This document shows positions 12,076-26,589 of a stretch of DNA of 64,000 nt, piece after piece. Within the stretch, counting starts at the first letter, position 1. Every line of letters begins with the position of its first letter. The position numbers were made by a program, and so were the translations under genes. The DNA is taken from positions 746,001 to 810,000 of the forward strand of contig MU058009.1 of NCBI GenBank assembly GCA_013265495.1, given 5' to 3'. The DNA comes from Vicugna vicugna (taxonomy: Eukaryota). The notes beneath the pieces were generated by a model, which saw only the letters and a program-made list of their open reading frames with translations, was not told where the DNA came from and ran no database searches.

Positions 12076-13864
12076 TGCCACAATAATTTTTAATAATCAT
12101 ATTTTCCTTAAAGATGCTCAGCATGTTTCTTTATAGACACTCAGAATGCTTGGAGCTGGAGATACGTGGTGGTCGTCCACTCCACTCTGGTTTCCAGGAG
12201 AACCATCCCCAAAGCTCTTAGATGTGAAACCACGGCTGCCCCCTTGCTACGGCTCTGCGGGGAGGCTAAGCCACGTGGCGCTGAGCTGCCTATTCGTAAG
12301 TCGCCGGGGCTGCTGGGAGGATGCCATCCAGTCTCTGCTGAAATGTAGAGTCACATACCAACTGGGCAGCCAGGCATCCCGTTTCCCCTTTCTATGCTCT
12401 TTCATTTGCTTTTTATGGGACTTCATGTCTTTGAAGGAAATCAAGGTGCTTGCCATTGACTTCTAAGACAGGAAGTAAAAAAGGGGAAAGAAAATAAAGT
12501 CTTTCGAGCTCTTATTCTGTGATAGGCCCTGCCTTCCAGGCTTTCTTGTATTAAAGTTCCTTTTGTTCTCATGGTTCCTCAAAGTGTACATTGTATCCCT
12601 GTTTTTGGAGATGATGAAACTGATGTTCGGAAAAGTGGGCCTCCTGACATTCCCAGGGGCACTTGGCCGACCAGAAGCAGAGGACAGATTTGCGTGGAAA
12701 TCCGCCTGGTCACTAAACGTTGCCATTTGAAAGTCTATCACTGAGTCCTCTGAGGGGTTACAGGTTTTTAAAAAATATTTTAGATGGGTTATCCAATTGC
12801 CAAAGGATAGTCCTGGTAGGAGTCAGGCAACATAACTTCATCTTTTATCAGCCTATTTCATCTCCTAACAACTTTACCTGGGGCAGTAATTATGTTTGAT
12901 TTGTTTATCATTATATATTTAGTACCTAGGATGTATCCAATGAATATTAACTGAACGAGTGACTCCTGGTCTCAATCCAGCTTCTGTAGCCACCAAAGGT
13001 AGTGTGATATCTTGGTTTGTGCAGTGACTTTGGGACAACGGTCAGTGGTTCGAGACCTGACTTTACTAGTATTTGCCAAGTGCACTTGAGTAATTTTTAA
13101 CCTTTCAGAACCTTGAAAACCACAAAATAAAACTACCTAAATCTGTTGTGTCCGCTATCGAGAATTATAGTCGTGAGGGTTAAATGAAGTAATTCCATTC
13201 AAGAAATATTTTCCAATCTCTTGCACTGTACGGGGTCAGGTCCCAAGCAGAGGCAATGATTAAAAATGATTGAATCTGTGAAGAAAACTATCTTTATACA
13301 AATAAAAGTCAAGGGGCAGTTATTGCACACAGGGCATCATCAGCTTAATATCAAGAAAATCTTACCCACAAGACCTGAGTTTTCTACTGGATTTTTTTTT
13401 TCTCCCTGTTGAAAAATTGAGCACATTCTTTTTCTCATGACATTTCATCTAAATCAAGTTGTCAGGAAGGTGTAATTTCTTCTAGGTGTGCGTATGAAAA
13501 TAGATAGGCTGCTTTTTCCCTGGGGTCATTAGCACTTACCTATTTTCTGGATCCCTGGTTTGCTGAAAGCAACAATGGATGACATTCACAACCAGAGTGG
13601 CTGGTGGAACGTGTTCCCTGGGATGTCACAATTTTTTCCCCTTGGCTTCCCCTGGTATACTTTGTAACGTTATCCTTGGCCATAGCACAGTTTTCCTTCT
13701 GAACACGCCCATATTCTTGTTTTTAAGGTTTAGTCATGTCTAGAAATCAATGCTAAGCACAAATCTAGGGATTACTTATAATACAGGTCAAAATTTAAAG
13801 GTAGAGGATAATTTGGTGATCATTTATTAAAAATCTGTCACTTTAGAGGTCAGGAAAGCTAGAC

Positions 13865-13925
13865 CCATCCATCCATCTATCCACCCATCTGTCCATCCAT
13901 CCATCCATCCATCCATCTATCCATT
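13865..13925. repeat. (CCAT)n tetranucleotide repeat at an antisense L2 tail
   Basis: ccatccatccatctatccacccatctgtccatccatcc... then attcaacacatagttaatgagc. Confidence 0.9.
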
Positions 13926-14778
13926 TAATCGTTAATTCAACACATAGTTAATGAGCCCCAAGCACTGGGGATAAAATATTGAATAATTAAGAGAAGGTCT
14001 CAATCCTTAGCAATCTTAACAATTTTGAGTGTCATTTTAACAACAATAACAACAATTATTTATTGAGTACCCCGTATGGTCCAGAGAGGTGTTTTTTCAT
14101 GCATCGTTTTATTTGATGCTCATAAATATCCATAAAGTAGGTACTACTGTTTCATTTTACATATGCTAAATCTGAACTGAAGGCGGTTAAGTATCAGCCA
14201 ATGACCACATAAGTTATCATCGTAACCCAGCACTAACTCCAAGCCCATGCCTTCTACATTCTACAGTGAAGTCCATGGTCCAAAGAAGTAGCAGGATTGC
14301 CCATGAGATTATAAAACAGCTTGTTACAAGAGTCAGCATCTTCTGAATCAAATTACTCGGGTATAAATGTGAATACACGTTCACGCTTCTGTTTTGCTTA
14401 AACATTGCCCTTCAATCAGTTAAGAATTTGGTACTGGGTACCCGTGCGAAGAAAGTCAATAATCTTATTTTTCCTTTATATAACCTGTTAAGCTACGTCA
14501 AGTTTCCTTGGAGTGTGAAAGGCAGGGAGAGTTAAATTTGAAGTATATTGAGGTAATAATGTAATTGGTAAATACTTCTACAGAGAAATTATGTAGAAGT
14601 AGAAAGTTCTTGAAGACTGCTGGAGGGCACGTGTAGGTGCCATCCCTGAAAAATTATTACCCTGAAAACTGCAGCCCCATCAAAATCGAGGCAATCTTAA
14701 GGCGAACCAGGAAACTATCCATTTCCAGCTATCCAGGAAAGCACAGGACATTTTATCAGAAAAATACATCATCTAGAT

Positions 14779-14938
14779 CTCTGGTTCTCAAACTCAAATG
14801 TGCACATGGGGCACCAAGATGTTGTTAATTGCAGACTTGAACTCAGGTCTGAGGTAGGGGTGCGATTCTGCATTTCTAGGAAGCTGCCAGACTAGGCTGA
14901 TGCTGCTAGTCCATGGACCACACTTCGGCAAGTGAGGC
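14779..14938. mobile_element. MER5A-like hAT-Charlie element
   Basis: ggttctcaaactc...gattctgcatttctaggaagctgccag...gctgatgctgctagtccatggaccacactt; flanks atctagat / ttctcgac resemble the NTCTAGAN 8-bp target. Confidence 0.8.
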
Positions 14939-16901
14939 TTCTCGACCAACATGGTTTCCTGCTATGACACTTAGATGAAGTAGACAATGATCTTTCTTAA
15001 CCTCAGTAGGGTTTTTGCTTTAATTGTGTAAATGGTACTTTCAACTTTGGCTGAAAAGGTATGTTCTTGTTAGTTGGAGGAATGATCAAGACCATTTCTG
15101 AAAGGCAACTGTTGTCAGCGTGAAGCAGACCAGAGGTGCGTGTCAAGTGATGCTTCAGAGAGAGGTCCCGGATGGCGGTCAGATCATCGCGGGTCCCAAG
15201 TGCAGAGTAGGAAAATGTGAAAATAATCTTAACACATTCCTCATTGCAAAGAAAAAGAAAATTCAAAATGACCTTGAGATGTCATTCAAATGACCTCAAC
15301 AAGCTGTAGTAAAACTCATATCTCGGAATGAAGAGGTACCAAATAATGCAATTAAAGCCAGAAACCCAAAATATGTAAGCTGTGGTGAGACGGGGAAGTT
15401 TCAAAGGAAAGATCTGAAGGAGAGTCCAAATCACAACTGCAGATCAATCCCGATAAGATGCTATTACAAGATGGAAATAAATGTACTAAATTATGGTAAA
15501 AGTTTAAAGTAATTTTTCCACAAGAGCGTGCCCTATATTATGAAGATTTTTACATATTGCATTTTAAAGGAGCTATGGGAAAATTGGAGAACTGAAAAAG
15601 GAAGCAACCCCACAGATCTTTGGGTCAGAAGAATTTCCTCCATCCCTGGAGAGTCTTCACCTCTACCCTCTTTGCTCAGAGTGTTCATTTCCTTTTTGCA
15701 TGGACAACATTACATGAAACTGAGCTGCAGAGAAACACGGATCCAACAGAAGCCACTGTTAAATTTGTTGGCTTTGCTGTAAATCACACACGTCTGAAGT
15801 TACATAAACTAGGAAGTTTCCCACTATGACAATGCAAAAAGTTTGTGATGTAGCATGTTGATTCTACTAAAAAAATAACGTTGGTATTTGTAGAATTGCC
15901 TCACTACGACAGAGATTCACAAAATTGGCCAGCATCTCCAACAGAATGAACCTAGGAGTAAATCTCTTTATATCAACTGACAGACACTCAATGTTCACTT
16001 AGAGCTTTCAGGCAGAAATGTATCAACGAATATAGGTCCATCAGACATCTGGGGGTTTACGTGGAAAGCCTCTCACAGTGTTTCTTTGTCCATTCTGTTT
16101 TGGTCTGGTTTGGGATATTTTCTCTGAGCTGTCAATGACCTTATAGGTAAGAGCTTAACAGTTGACTTGATTCGACTTGATCTCAAGAAGCAAGTATTGA
16201 CTTCTTTCTGCTTTTCCCCATATAACCAGCAGTTCCTTTGGGTTCTGCCTGGTCAACAATTTCCCTCCATGGATAAAATTAGCTGGTTCCTTCCATGAAT
16301 AAAATTCAGAGACACCAGCCATGCAAGCAGCATACTCCTATGCTGAAGAAAATTCTTTCATTCACCCATCCATTTAGTTGGCCAGTCAGTCATCTGAAGG
16401 AAAAAAAAAATCTGCTGAAGAGCAGAAATCACCTATTTCCACCCACATGTCTTCACCAGTTTACTTTCTCCCTTCTTGCTCAATCAAGAGAGAAGCAGCA
16501 TGTTTTTTGGTGTTTGTTTTTATTTTGGTTTTTGTTTCCCTTAGAAGGAAATACGGGCTCCGGTGGACAGGTCTATCCATGGGGCCACATAATTGCTATT
16601 TTTAGACTCAGGAGTAGATCCAGAAAACTGACTGGATCAGAGTCACAAGTGCTTTCAGTTTCTGAAAGACGGTGGGTAGATGGAGACAATGGATGATGAG
16701 ATAAAGGAACATTTGTATTTGTTTTCAGTAAGTCAGTTACGGTGCTAGGGGCTTATACTTTTTCCCATTTAGATTTCTCACGATCCGTGAGAACCTGGTT
16801 ATCATTGTCTTAATTTCATTGATAAGGATGTTGAGACCCAGAGATGCAATCAATTACTCAAGATCCTATAATGACAAAACTTGGATACTCATATGGTCTC
16901 A

Positions 16902-17552
16902 TTTCCTTCCTCCTTTCCTTCCTTCCTTCCTCCCTTCCTTCCTTCTTTCTTTCCTCCCTTCCTTCCTTCTTTCCTTCCTCCCTTCCTTCCTCCTTTCCTT
17001 CCTCCCTTCCTTCCTTCTTTCCTTCCTTCTTCCCTCCCTTCCTTCCTTCTTTCCTTCCTTCTTCCCTTCCTTCTTTCCTTTCTTCTTCCCTCCCTCCCTC
17101 CCTTCCTTCCTTCATCCTTTCCTCCCTTCCTTCCTTCTTCCCTCCCTCCCTTCCTTCCTTCCTTCCTTCTTCCCTTCTTTCCTTCCTCCCTTCCTTCCTT
17201 CTTTCCTTCCTTCTTCCCTCCCTTCCTTCCNNNNNNNNNNNNNNNNNNNNNNNNNNNNNNNNNNNNNNNNNNNNNNNNNNNNNNNNNNNNNNNNNNNNNN
17301 NNNNNNNNNNNNNNNNNNNNNNNNNNNNNNNNNNNNNNNNNNNNNNNNNNNNNNNNNNNNNNNNNNNNNNNNNNNNNNNNNNNNNNNNNNNNNNNNNNNN
17401 NNNNNNNNNNNNNNNNNNNNNNNNNNNNNNNNNNNNNNNNNNNNNNNNNNNNNNNNNNNNNNNNNNNNNNNNNNNNNNNNNNNNNNNNNNNNNNNNNNNN
17501 NNNNNNNNTTCCTTCCTTCCTTCCTTCCTTCCTCCCTCCCTCCCTCCCTTCC
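16902..17552. repeat. (TTCC/CTTT/CCCT)n polypyrimidine simple repeat spanning an assembly gap
   Basis: Almost pure C/T on both sides of the N run. Confidence 0.97.
17231..17508. other. Assembly gap (278 N)
   Basis: Run of n in the sequence. Confidence 1.
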
Positions 17553-18025
17553 TAGTGCTTATTGAGTTCTATTATATGACATACTCTTTTAATGGGTGTG
17601 AATAAAGAGATAGTAAAGATATGCACCTTGCCCTTTAGGAACTTAGAGTCCAGTGCTAAGGTGAATGCCTTTGTGCTAGTCTGAGTGCTGTGTGTGTGGA
17701 TATCACACTAGGCGTGCAGAGAAGGGTGCAGTTAACTGCTTCATCTGTGCTAAGGGCAGTCAGGAGGGATTTTATGGAAGGACTGACCTTTGTGCTGAAA
17801 CTTGCAAGGTGAGTTACTGTTTACAGGTGGGTGGTAAACAAGCAGGTGGGATGAAGAGGGATATTTTGGGCAGGGAGTTTAATGTTAGGAAGGTGATAAT
17901 GGCTTGAAACATGGTTCACTATGAAAACTGTGAGTGACTTCACCTGGCTAGAGATTAGAATGGATGGGTGGGTGAAGTCCAGCCAGGGGAGGGTCTTGGG
18001 AACCGCGCTATGGACTCCGGCTTTC
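17553..18025 (-). mobile_element. L2 LINE 3' fragment
   Basis: ttattgagttctattatatg...gccctttaggaacttagagtccagtg...cagtcaggagggattttatggaag. Confidence 0.7.
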
Positions 18026-18099
18026 AGGACAGTGTTTCTCAAATTTGAATCACTTATGCTGCACTTTTTAAAGAAAAAATAAAAATCCACATTACTCTG

Positions 18100-18561
18100 G
18101 TTATTCTTCATTTCCTCCCCCAGCCAGTCTCCACCCTCCTTCACTTCACTCTGTGGCCCCGGGGTGTCCTCTGTAAATTGCTTCCTCCAGTTTCCCGTGC
18201 CCTCTGGCTTCTGGATGACTGGGGCCATCTCCGCGGCGGTCAGAGCATGCTGGGAAGAGCGACAGGCACTTGTTCCCTCATCTCCCTCTTCTTAGGTGCT
18301 GGGTTGTGGAAGTGGTCCAGTCTCTCTGGGCTGTAGGACTGGTCACAGCCCCTCTTGCAGCTGCTCTGGCTCCTTGCGCTCTCCGAGAGACCTCCCTTTG
18401 TCCCTTTGGGTCCACTGCTGCTAGTTCTTGGATTCCTCAACAAGCTTTGTTGATTCCCTTTCATTCCTTCATTATTAAAATAAAAATTAAAATATTTTCA
18501 GACTAACCCTTCTACGTGTGCCTTCTCTGGAAAGAGGTGGTTCAGGGACCCTAACTGACAG
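18100..18561 (+). mobile_element. LTR33-like ERVL LTR
   Basis: tctccaccctccttcacttcactctgtggccccgg...tgccctctggcttctgg...ggtcacagcccct...attaaa...gtgtgccttct...gggaccctaactgaca. Confidence 0.65.
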
Positions 18562-20854
18562 ACCCGTCAGCCCTCGATGTTGACAAAAATAGTTTTATTA
18601 CAACACAGCTGTATACGCACAAACCCATTAAGGGATACAGTTCTTATAGCTCTAATAGAACTAAAAAAATTTAAAAATGGGTAAGTAAACACAGATGAAA
18701 CTAAAGCCAATAAAATCAAAATAAAGCAAAGTTTAATACGGTGCTCTGGGTTGTGCGTCTAAATTGCAGGTCTGTGTGGGTGATCGGCTGCCGCGATGTA
18801 GCTTTTGTGTTTGTCATAATTTATTACCCTGTGCAGTGTGATAACTCCATTCTTCCACTATGTCTCTCTATTCCACCTACTGGGAAATCTTCATGCATAT
18901 GGTGAACACTGAGGTCATTTGACCTTCACTTTGAAAGAAAGCATAATTTATGTATGTAGTCGGCCTCTGTTCTCCTCTCATTAGCTTTCGGTATGAAGCA
19001 AGAACAACTTGTCACCATCGCTGCTGTAAACACAAACACAGACACGAGCAATTTAATTGCTTGGCAGTTTTCTGTTACAAGGTGAACATCTGGGTGACTC
19101 TCAAAATGCTTGGGTTAATTTTTACATTATCAGAAATAAAGACATACTTTAAACATCCCTAATATTATTGAATTATATCTGAAGACCCCCAGATGTCAGA
19201 TACCTGGGTTCAGATGGATGTCACCAAAGATCAGCAGACAGGATTACAGATAGGATCCGACGTAAGCATGGTGTGGAAGCGGGAATACTGGAGGCAGGGG
19301 ACCTAGGCAGGGCAGCATCTGGTCCAGGGCTCCTCTGAGTGCATCTCTGCTATAATTTTTAAATATGATTGAGGAAGAACAGTAAGATTTCATCCTCTCT
19401 CCTCATCACCCCACCTCAAATTAATCAGGTCACACACTCCTCTTTTTCCTGAGTGCAGAGGAATAATTTGCAAATCAGGGGAGCGGGAACTTGAGGGCTG
19501 ACAATTGGGCAACATCACAGAATAAGTAAGATGACTTCTCAAAAAAGGGAAATTAAGACCGAAAAGGTCATAATGAGAGAGAGAGACATTGATTCATCAT
19601 CAAGGCAGTAGGACAAACACTCCAAAGACTTCAGAAAGCCTGCACCCTTGAGGATTCCTTCATTTCTTTTATGTGTACAGTGGGGGAGGAGGGTTGAACC
19701 AGAGGATTTTAAGAAGCTGTCATAGCACAATCACCCAAGTTTCAGGTTTAAAAAAAAAAAGAGATGATGCAGGTTTTGTGTGCAAGCAGGTGGACATCTC
19801 AAGAAGTTCTCCCTACGTTCACCTGCCTGTGGAGGGGACGAGGTGGATGGTAGTATTAGGTCTCGAGACATCCAAACCATTACACATGTCACTGCACCTC
19901 TTCGTGGGTCAGTCTCCAGCCTGACTCCCCATCTGTCAGGCAGCATTTCTGTCCCACGGGTCTGAGCATCACACTTCCCAGCTCCCTGTGCAGTGCCCTC
20001 GGCGGACCGTCTAAGCCCACGTGCCCTGGTGATGGGCGCTACTCCGCACGAGGGGTACCACGGGGCGCCTTGCTAAGCGGAGCTCGGATTGGCTGAACAC
20101 TGCCAGCCGTCCACTGCTACCTCGTCCAGGCAAAGAAGAAGTTTGTAATTGCTGTGCCTGATCTGCTCCTGGACACAGAGCGAGCAATTACCATTCACCA
20201 GGTGGCCCTGAGCTTCTCCTGTGCTTTTAGGGGCAGAAGCAACGGACTGAAGTGTTAAGCTCATTAAATCCACCCCATGTGGGACAGGCACGTCATGGGT
20301 CTTTTTCTACCTGCTTTCAGGGGGCAGACGTCCCCCCTACACCGTAGGGCTCAGGTGGGATTAAGCAGCTGCAGGGCCCGGAGCCCAGGGTCGTCCCGGG
20401 TTCTCGCACATCCTGGCATCTGCTGCTGAGGTGCTGGTGCGGCCCGCCTCCCGGCCACGTTCCTGCTGACCTGGCAGCAGAGGTGACCTGGTGCTTTTCC
20501 ACGTTATCAGACCCTCCTGAGGAGCGGATGAGTCAGGCTGTGAATTCCGTTCCCCACATTTCAAAACGGTTTCCTTTCAACCTGGCCCAGCATGCATACC
20601 TGCAAATAAGTCCAGAACCTTCTGTAATGTCTCCCTGTGCTGCCGTCAGGAGCAGAGAAGCCCTCCTGGTTACGTGGGTTGAATCTGTGACTATTCAGAA
20701 CACTAAGAATGGTCTTCAAAGAGCCCTTATGCAGCTTATTTTTTGTTTTTCTTAACTTTCTCCCTCCCCTGCCTTTCCAATCATACTATCAGAGCTAATC
20801 ATTATTTAAATGATAAACATGGTCTCCCAGTTTTTCGTGGGTGAAACACGTCTG

Positions 20855-20970
20855 TCTATTATCTACATATCTATGTATGTAATCTATGTATCTATGTATC
20901 TAACTATGTATAGATGAATGTATCATTCATCTGTCTCTACATAGCTACACACACACACACACACACACAC
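20855..20970. repeat. (TATC/TATG)n degenerate repeat followed by (CA)n
   Basis: tatctatgtatgtaatctatgtatctatgtatc... and acacacac at 20948-20970. Confidence 0.85.
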
Positions 20971-23900
20971 GGTAAAAAAACTGTCCAGATTTCAAAACTT
21001 CTAGTTTATCACTATAAGATTCTTGGCCTCTGGAAAGTGAGGGCCAGATCTATTTCCAACTATTGGTCTATAAAACGTCAGTCCTTCTCTCACTTCAAGT
21101 TTGGTAAAACTGCAGCCCGATGCTAAAAGCTGCCTTGTGTGCTGTGCTGGTCGCCCTGCCAGGCTTCCCCCCTTATTCCTCCCGACCTGATGCAGAGTTG
21201 CTGTTATGTCTGTCATGTAGAGGGGACAAGGCTTAGAGCCACTTGCTTGAGGTCACAGAGTTGGGAGGAGATCAGAGCCGTGGTCCAAGCTCTCCATCCC
21301 AGCTGTTACTGCATCCTGACTCCAGCGTCGCTCCTGGGGGCAGGGGGCAGGGGGGAGGTCCTGGTTTTTACTTTATGTCTTACTCTTAGAGCAGGGAGCT
21401 GTAGTCTTCCATTCCTGGTCACTCGAAGCTGAATGTTGGCGCTTAGAACTCGAACTTGTCTGTGGCAAATAGTTTCTCGAGTATTAGGAAGAAAGGAAAA
21501 CAAAAATAAAAACAAAAATAAAGTCCTCAGAACAACGCTTGCTTGCACAAAGAACACTGACTTGAAACTAAAATCACAAAAAAAACCTCCTTTTTTCCTT
21601 TTACAGATGCAATTGTCACATATGTTCATTATGAATTCATAATGAGGGCCCAGAACAGATGGTGCGGACTTAAAATGACACACACTGCAAGCCATGCTTG
21701 TCTGCTACGGGGCTGTGGCTGCCCCTGGAGGCACTGGAACGGGGCGGGGGGGAGGTGTCTGCAGACAGGCCGCGAGGCTGGCCTGAGCTGCCTGGAGCCT
21801 GGGCAGGGGCTTGCTGGGCACCGAGCCACTTTGAGATGAATCTTGGAGCAGGATTTGGAGCCAGTCCCTGAACTTGTCACAGCCTTCTTGGTGTCCTAAG
21901 AAACACCCTAGTGGCCAGAGGCTAGGAACCTGGGTGCTTGCTTCCTCAGAATTGGCTCAGGTGGAGCCATGGAGGGGACAGGCAGGGCCTGTACCCGAGT
22001 CTGAGACCTCTCGCTGGGGCTCTGTCCCATTTACCCCACTGTCCGGCCCCGTGAATTGGCCTGGCTCCTCCTCGACCTCACCTCTCCTTTCAGTGAGAAT
22101 GTTCCACTCTTTCTCACATATCAGGGTCGGGCAGAGGATGGGGCCCTGACATCAGTCACCTGACACAGTGGTTCAGGCTCGTGTTGTGGACTGGACGTCA
22201 CATGTTGCCAAATAGATTATGTCACTCACTCCAGACAAGCTTCAAACCACCGTATGTATCTTGAACCTCATTCTGAGTGGGAGACACAAGATTGGAATTG
22301 AGGACCATTTGATTGCAAAACCCATGAATTTTCAAATATAGTCTATTGCTAATGTAACGATTTGTGAAAGATTACATTTGTAACCTCTTCTCCAGGGACA
22401 TTAATGATTTATTTTCCAGGTGATGCTTACAAGTGAACATCTGGGATTGGACGGCTGGCTATCGAATGGTGGAACCTCCATTCTGAGGAAGGCGTGTTCC
22501 CTCTGACTGGGGGCCGTCCAGGTGTAACCCTCCCTCACATCGCAAACGCTGCACCTACCTCTCGCGACGAGCCTGTGTTAGCCACTCCTGAAGGGAGCCC
22601 AACACTGTGGATCAGTGATACCGGCTTTAGGGAAGAAGAAACACTTTTGCTGCTAGTTAAATTTAGGGAGCAAACAAACCAAGTTTGGGATCATCTGAAG
22701 GGTAGATACAGAGTTCACAGATGGAGTTCAAAAATGTCATCTGTTTGGAGATGAAACAGTTTGGAAGATGTAGCTTTGGACTCACTGACAAGGGTTAAAA
22801 TTTCACCCCAGAACCAGAGAGACTTAACGTCCCTCACGCTCAGCCTCCGTCCCAGCTGCCCCAGTAGGGGTGTGGAGGAAGACAGATCCAGAGCGGGGAG
22901 GAGGGGAGGCCTGATGCACTTCTCTGGTGTAGGGCCCTCCACACGGAAACGCAGGCTGGGGAAGCGGCCTCTCCTGGTGACCTTGACCCCTAACCCTGCA
23001 TCATACTCTGTGAGTGTGCATGCTGATTTCACGCATCATTTCCCAAAAACGCTCCCAATGAATAATTGTCACGTCAGAAAAATAATTAAGACGAGGGTGG
23101 GGAATATAAATACTGTGGTGAAACAAGTTTGGGAAAGTCTGTGTTGTCCTGTGGAGGGCTGACTTCTCAGAGCTGTTCAGGGTGCAAGTATGCACGGCAG
23201 GTGTCTGAGCGGCTGGTTCACGGGCAGGCTCGCTTGTGCTGATGGGCGTGCTCGCTCGTGGTACCCAACGTCCCTTGAGAGAGGATGTCTTAAGCTAAAT
23301 GTGACAGTGGGGGAGGTTTGCTATTCTTTAACAAATCACTCAAGGAGGACTGAAATTGTACTAATGAAAATAAAGCCATGCACAATTAGCTAAATTGCTC
23401 CCACTTAGCATGAGGGAAAGACTGAGACGCACAGCTTTCGGTGTGGAATTCTGTTACATCAAAAGGATATTCCTACAGGCACGTGTGATGTGGAAACTTG
23501 CTTATAGCTTTGAAACAAACATGTATATAATATACAATGTATGGCTGTACACCGTGTGTGCGTTTTCATCCTGATGACAGGGTGGTTTTCATTTTCTGTG
23601 ATCTTTGTTCTCCCTGATGTCTCATGTGAGCACGTGAATCTCATTCCTCCCCCCTCTGTGACTTGGGACATCTTCATTAAATTTGATGAAACTCTGCATG
23701 AACTCAGGATACAGTCTATGGAAGCGGATCAATGAAGTAGTTTGTACAACTGTTGGAGAAGGAACCTCCTTTTGTGTTAATATTGGCTACAGCTTCTTGC
23801 AAAGAGCTACATTTTATGCTGTGCTGTCTAATGGGAGAGCCTGACCCCACAACCTTGATTCTGCACTGTAATGGAATGTTAAGATAACTGACTCTGGGAC

Positions 23901-24739
23901 AATCCCTGGGAATTGCTTGGCGAGGCTCGGGGGCTGGCCAGGAGGGAACTGAACCCTGGTGAACTCTCCAAGAGCCCTGAGGTTATCAGAGCCTCCTTGT
24001 GACAGTTGCCTCAAGTCAGAGACCAGCATCCTCCGTAATTATTTTTTCTCCAGTTATAAAACTTCCTGTTATTGCACTAGGTTTTTTCCCAGTGAAACTT
24101 GTGTGTCTAAAAGCTGGAAATGGAAGAGAGGGAGAAGAGATGATCTAGAAAAAGACGACGACATCTCTTGGCTGTCCTTCCAAGCATCATTTAAATGCTC
24201 CGTCTTATTATCGTGCTGGTTCTGGAGGACAGTGTCACACTTCCATGGCAATGTAGTTACAGTTGCGATGACACTTCCATTATAAACCCCTGTTTTCAGG
24301 TGCTCATGACAGCCTTGGGGGAAAAATCACTCTTTGGGCTGAAATTTCTCATATCCGTTCTCACCTCCGAGGTGAAATTCTTGTTTTAAAGTCTGGCAGA
24401 AAGCTCTGTATCTGTGACTGTGGAAGGCCTCCCAAATGACCCGGGGAGAGAGGGTTGGCGTAGGGGTTAGCTATTTCATGAGAGTGAGATTTGGGGAATT
24501 CGGGGTCTTTGTTTGTGTGATACTTGATGACTTTGTGGGTTCTTCCCTGGAATGATACAGTAATTTTGCAAAGGAAATTTATTTCTCTGATTCCTGGGTG
24601 TTGAAGAGACTCCCTTAATTCTAGAAGCAGGTGAGTGAAGTGATTCTCCAAGGAACCTTGGTTTGCTCCTCCCACATCTGTCGAGGCATCCTGGGTCAAA
24701 GTAGATGCTGGGCTGATCACGGTGGACTGACCCCACCCT

Positions 24740-25095
24740 CGTGTTCACCTCTCCGTACTGCTGTTCATGTAGCTTTCTTAGCCTGGAATTCCTCTCCTGC
24801 CCTGTTCTCTCAGAGCCCTAATCTTCCCATGAAATCCAACTCATATGCCACCTTCTCCATGAAGCCCTCCACCTGTCATCTCCATGAAACCCTTCCTGCT
24901 CTGTGTTCTTTTGACACATTATTTGCACAACTGATGTGGCGCTCAGTTTCTTCTACCTCCATTGCAGTCATTTTCCTGCCTTCTGCTTCTGCTCCTCCTT
25001 CCATTCTTAGCTTATAAGCTTCCTGAGGGCAAAGAGCTCTTGAGCTTTTGCACACATTACAACAGCAATGTTGCATATTGGACACTCAACCAATG
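24740..25095 (+). mobile_element. L2 LINE 3' fragment
   Basis: gcctggaattcctctcc...caactcatatgccaccttctccatgaagccctcc...tataagcttcctgagggcaaag. Confidence 0.7.
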
Positions 25096-26229
25096 TCATT
25101 AGAACAGTTCATTTCACTATCATTTCATCATTTATTGAACAACAGACATAGTCTAGTGCTCTTCAAAGGTATAGTACTCTTTGAGATTTTTAACTCCCAA
25201 ACCTAAGTGGATAGGACCCTTGCCCTCTGCAAACATGTGATTTGGGATGCATAGCAAAGGGGAAGAAAACTGAAAAGAAAATGTTGAAACACAGAGCTAG
25301 TAGACTCAGATGGGTTCTGACAGTAGGGTTCCAACTTCAGGTCTCTCGTGCGCAATGCCTTTGTGGGTGGAGGGGGTGGGATGGATCTGCGGTGGGGGAA
25401 GGAATCTGGGTTGCGGAGGTCTGTTTTGAATCTCTGCCTCACCAAGGTCATGGAAAGCTTTTTTAAAAAGCCATCAGTAGAGGTTAACCCAAACCATTTT
25501 CTAGGATGGTTTTCAAATTGTTCTTGAAATAAATCGACTTGCTGTTAGACCTGTAGCAAAAGTTAGTCTTTTTAACAATAATGTACCTCTCAGGAGGGCT
25601 CACACTTCTCCTTAAAATGGGCCCCCACTGTGCACTCACAAGTGCGGGATTATCAAAAAGCAAAGAGAATTCTAAATACAAAGTGTGTCTAAAAGTGAGG
25701 TTTAAAGTGCCCTCCGTCCCCCATTTTCAGCATCTCTCTTATTAACGTCTCCCCACCAATTGATTGCAGATGTTTTGTCTCCTCTCCTGTCTCTGTTGTA
25801 TTGAATTTGAGGTTTGTTCTACTGAGGAGACCCAGCCTGACAGGGAGGATGTGGAAAATGATCAGAGCCAGCCCTTGCTCCTTAATTCTGTCTGCTGCGT
25901 GGCTCCCAGAATGACACCGGGAGCCGGCGCACAGACGAGCCCTCATGAGTTCCCGTCTCCATGCGGCTGCTGTGTTTGTTCCCTTGTTACTGGACAAGCT
26001 ATCCTTTTGGATAGGGTGCTCCTCTGGTCAATTTTCAAATGGGTTTGGATGTTGGAAGATCTTCTCAGCTCCTGTGATTAAATCCAACTCAGGATTTAAA
26101 AGCAGGCGTTCGGCACATTGGGATAATTAACCAAAGCTTATCCCACTTTATCCCAAATCCCTGTTGACCTATTTTAGGTGTAATGTTTCAGGAGTTGTGA
26201 TCCAAAGATGGAAACAGCCTCTTGCCACC

Positions 26230-26555
26230 CTCTCAGCCCTTGCTTCCTCTCCCCACCTCCCTGGCCCCCCAGCCTTACATCTGCAACTTTTAATGCGTAA
26301 CTATTCCCCTGCAAGTTAAACTGAGTTCAATGCTCTTTTTATAGAAAGCCAGCCAGATGCAAACTTGGCACTCAGACGCCAGTATAGCCAGCACTGAGAC
26401 CCAGGGAATCGAGCAGGTCGGGCTCACATTGCATGACCTTGAAAATGTTAGGTGTGCACATTCAAAGCAGTATTAGAAGGTCCTATTCTCCAGGGGTGCC
26501 AATCACTGCTACACCAAAAGCTCCCCCTCTCCTTCTTTCTCTGCCCTCACCCACC

Positions 26556-26589
<34 letters not shown>

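Noticed and set aside
16819..17605. Long LPSF-repeat ORFs (224-253 aa)
   Set aside because: Artefact of the stop-free (TTCC)n repeat plus the N gap
18030..19230. Possible hAT DNA transposon enclosing the LTR33-like element
   Set aside because: The left end cagtgtttctcaaa is suggestive, but I could not identify a convincing right terminal repeat or TSD by eye
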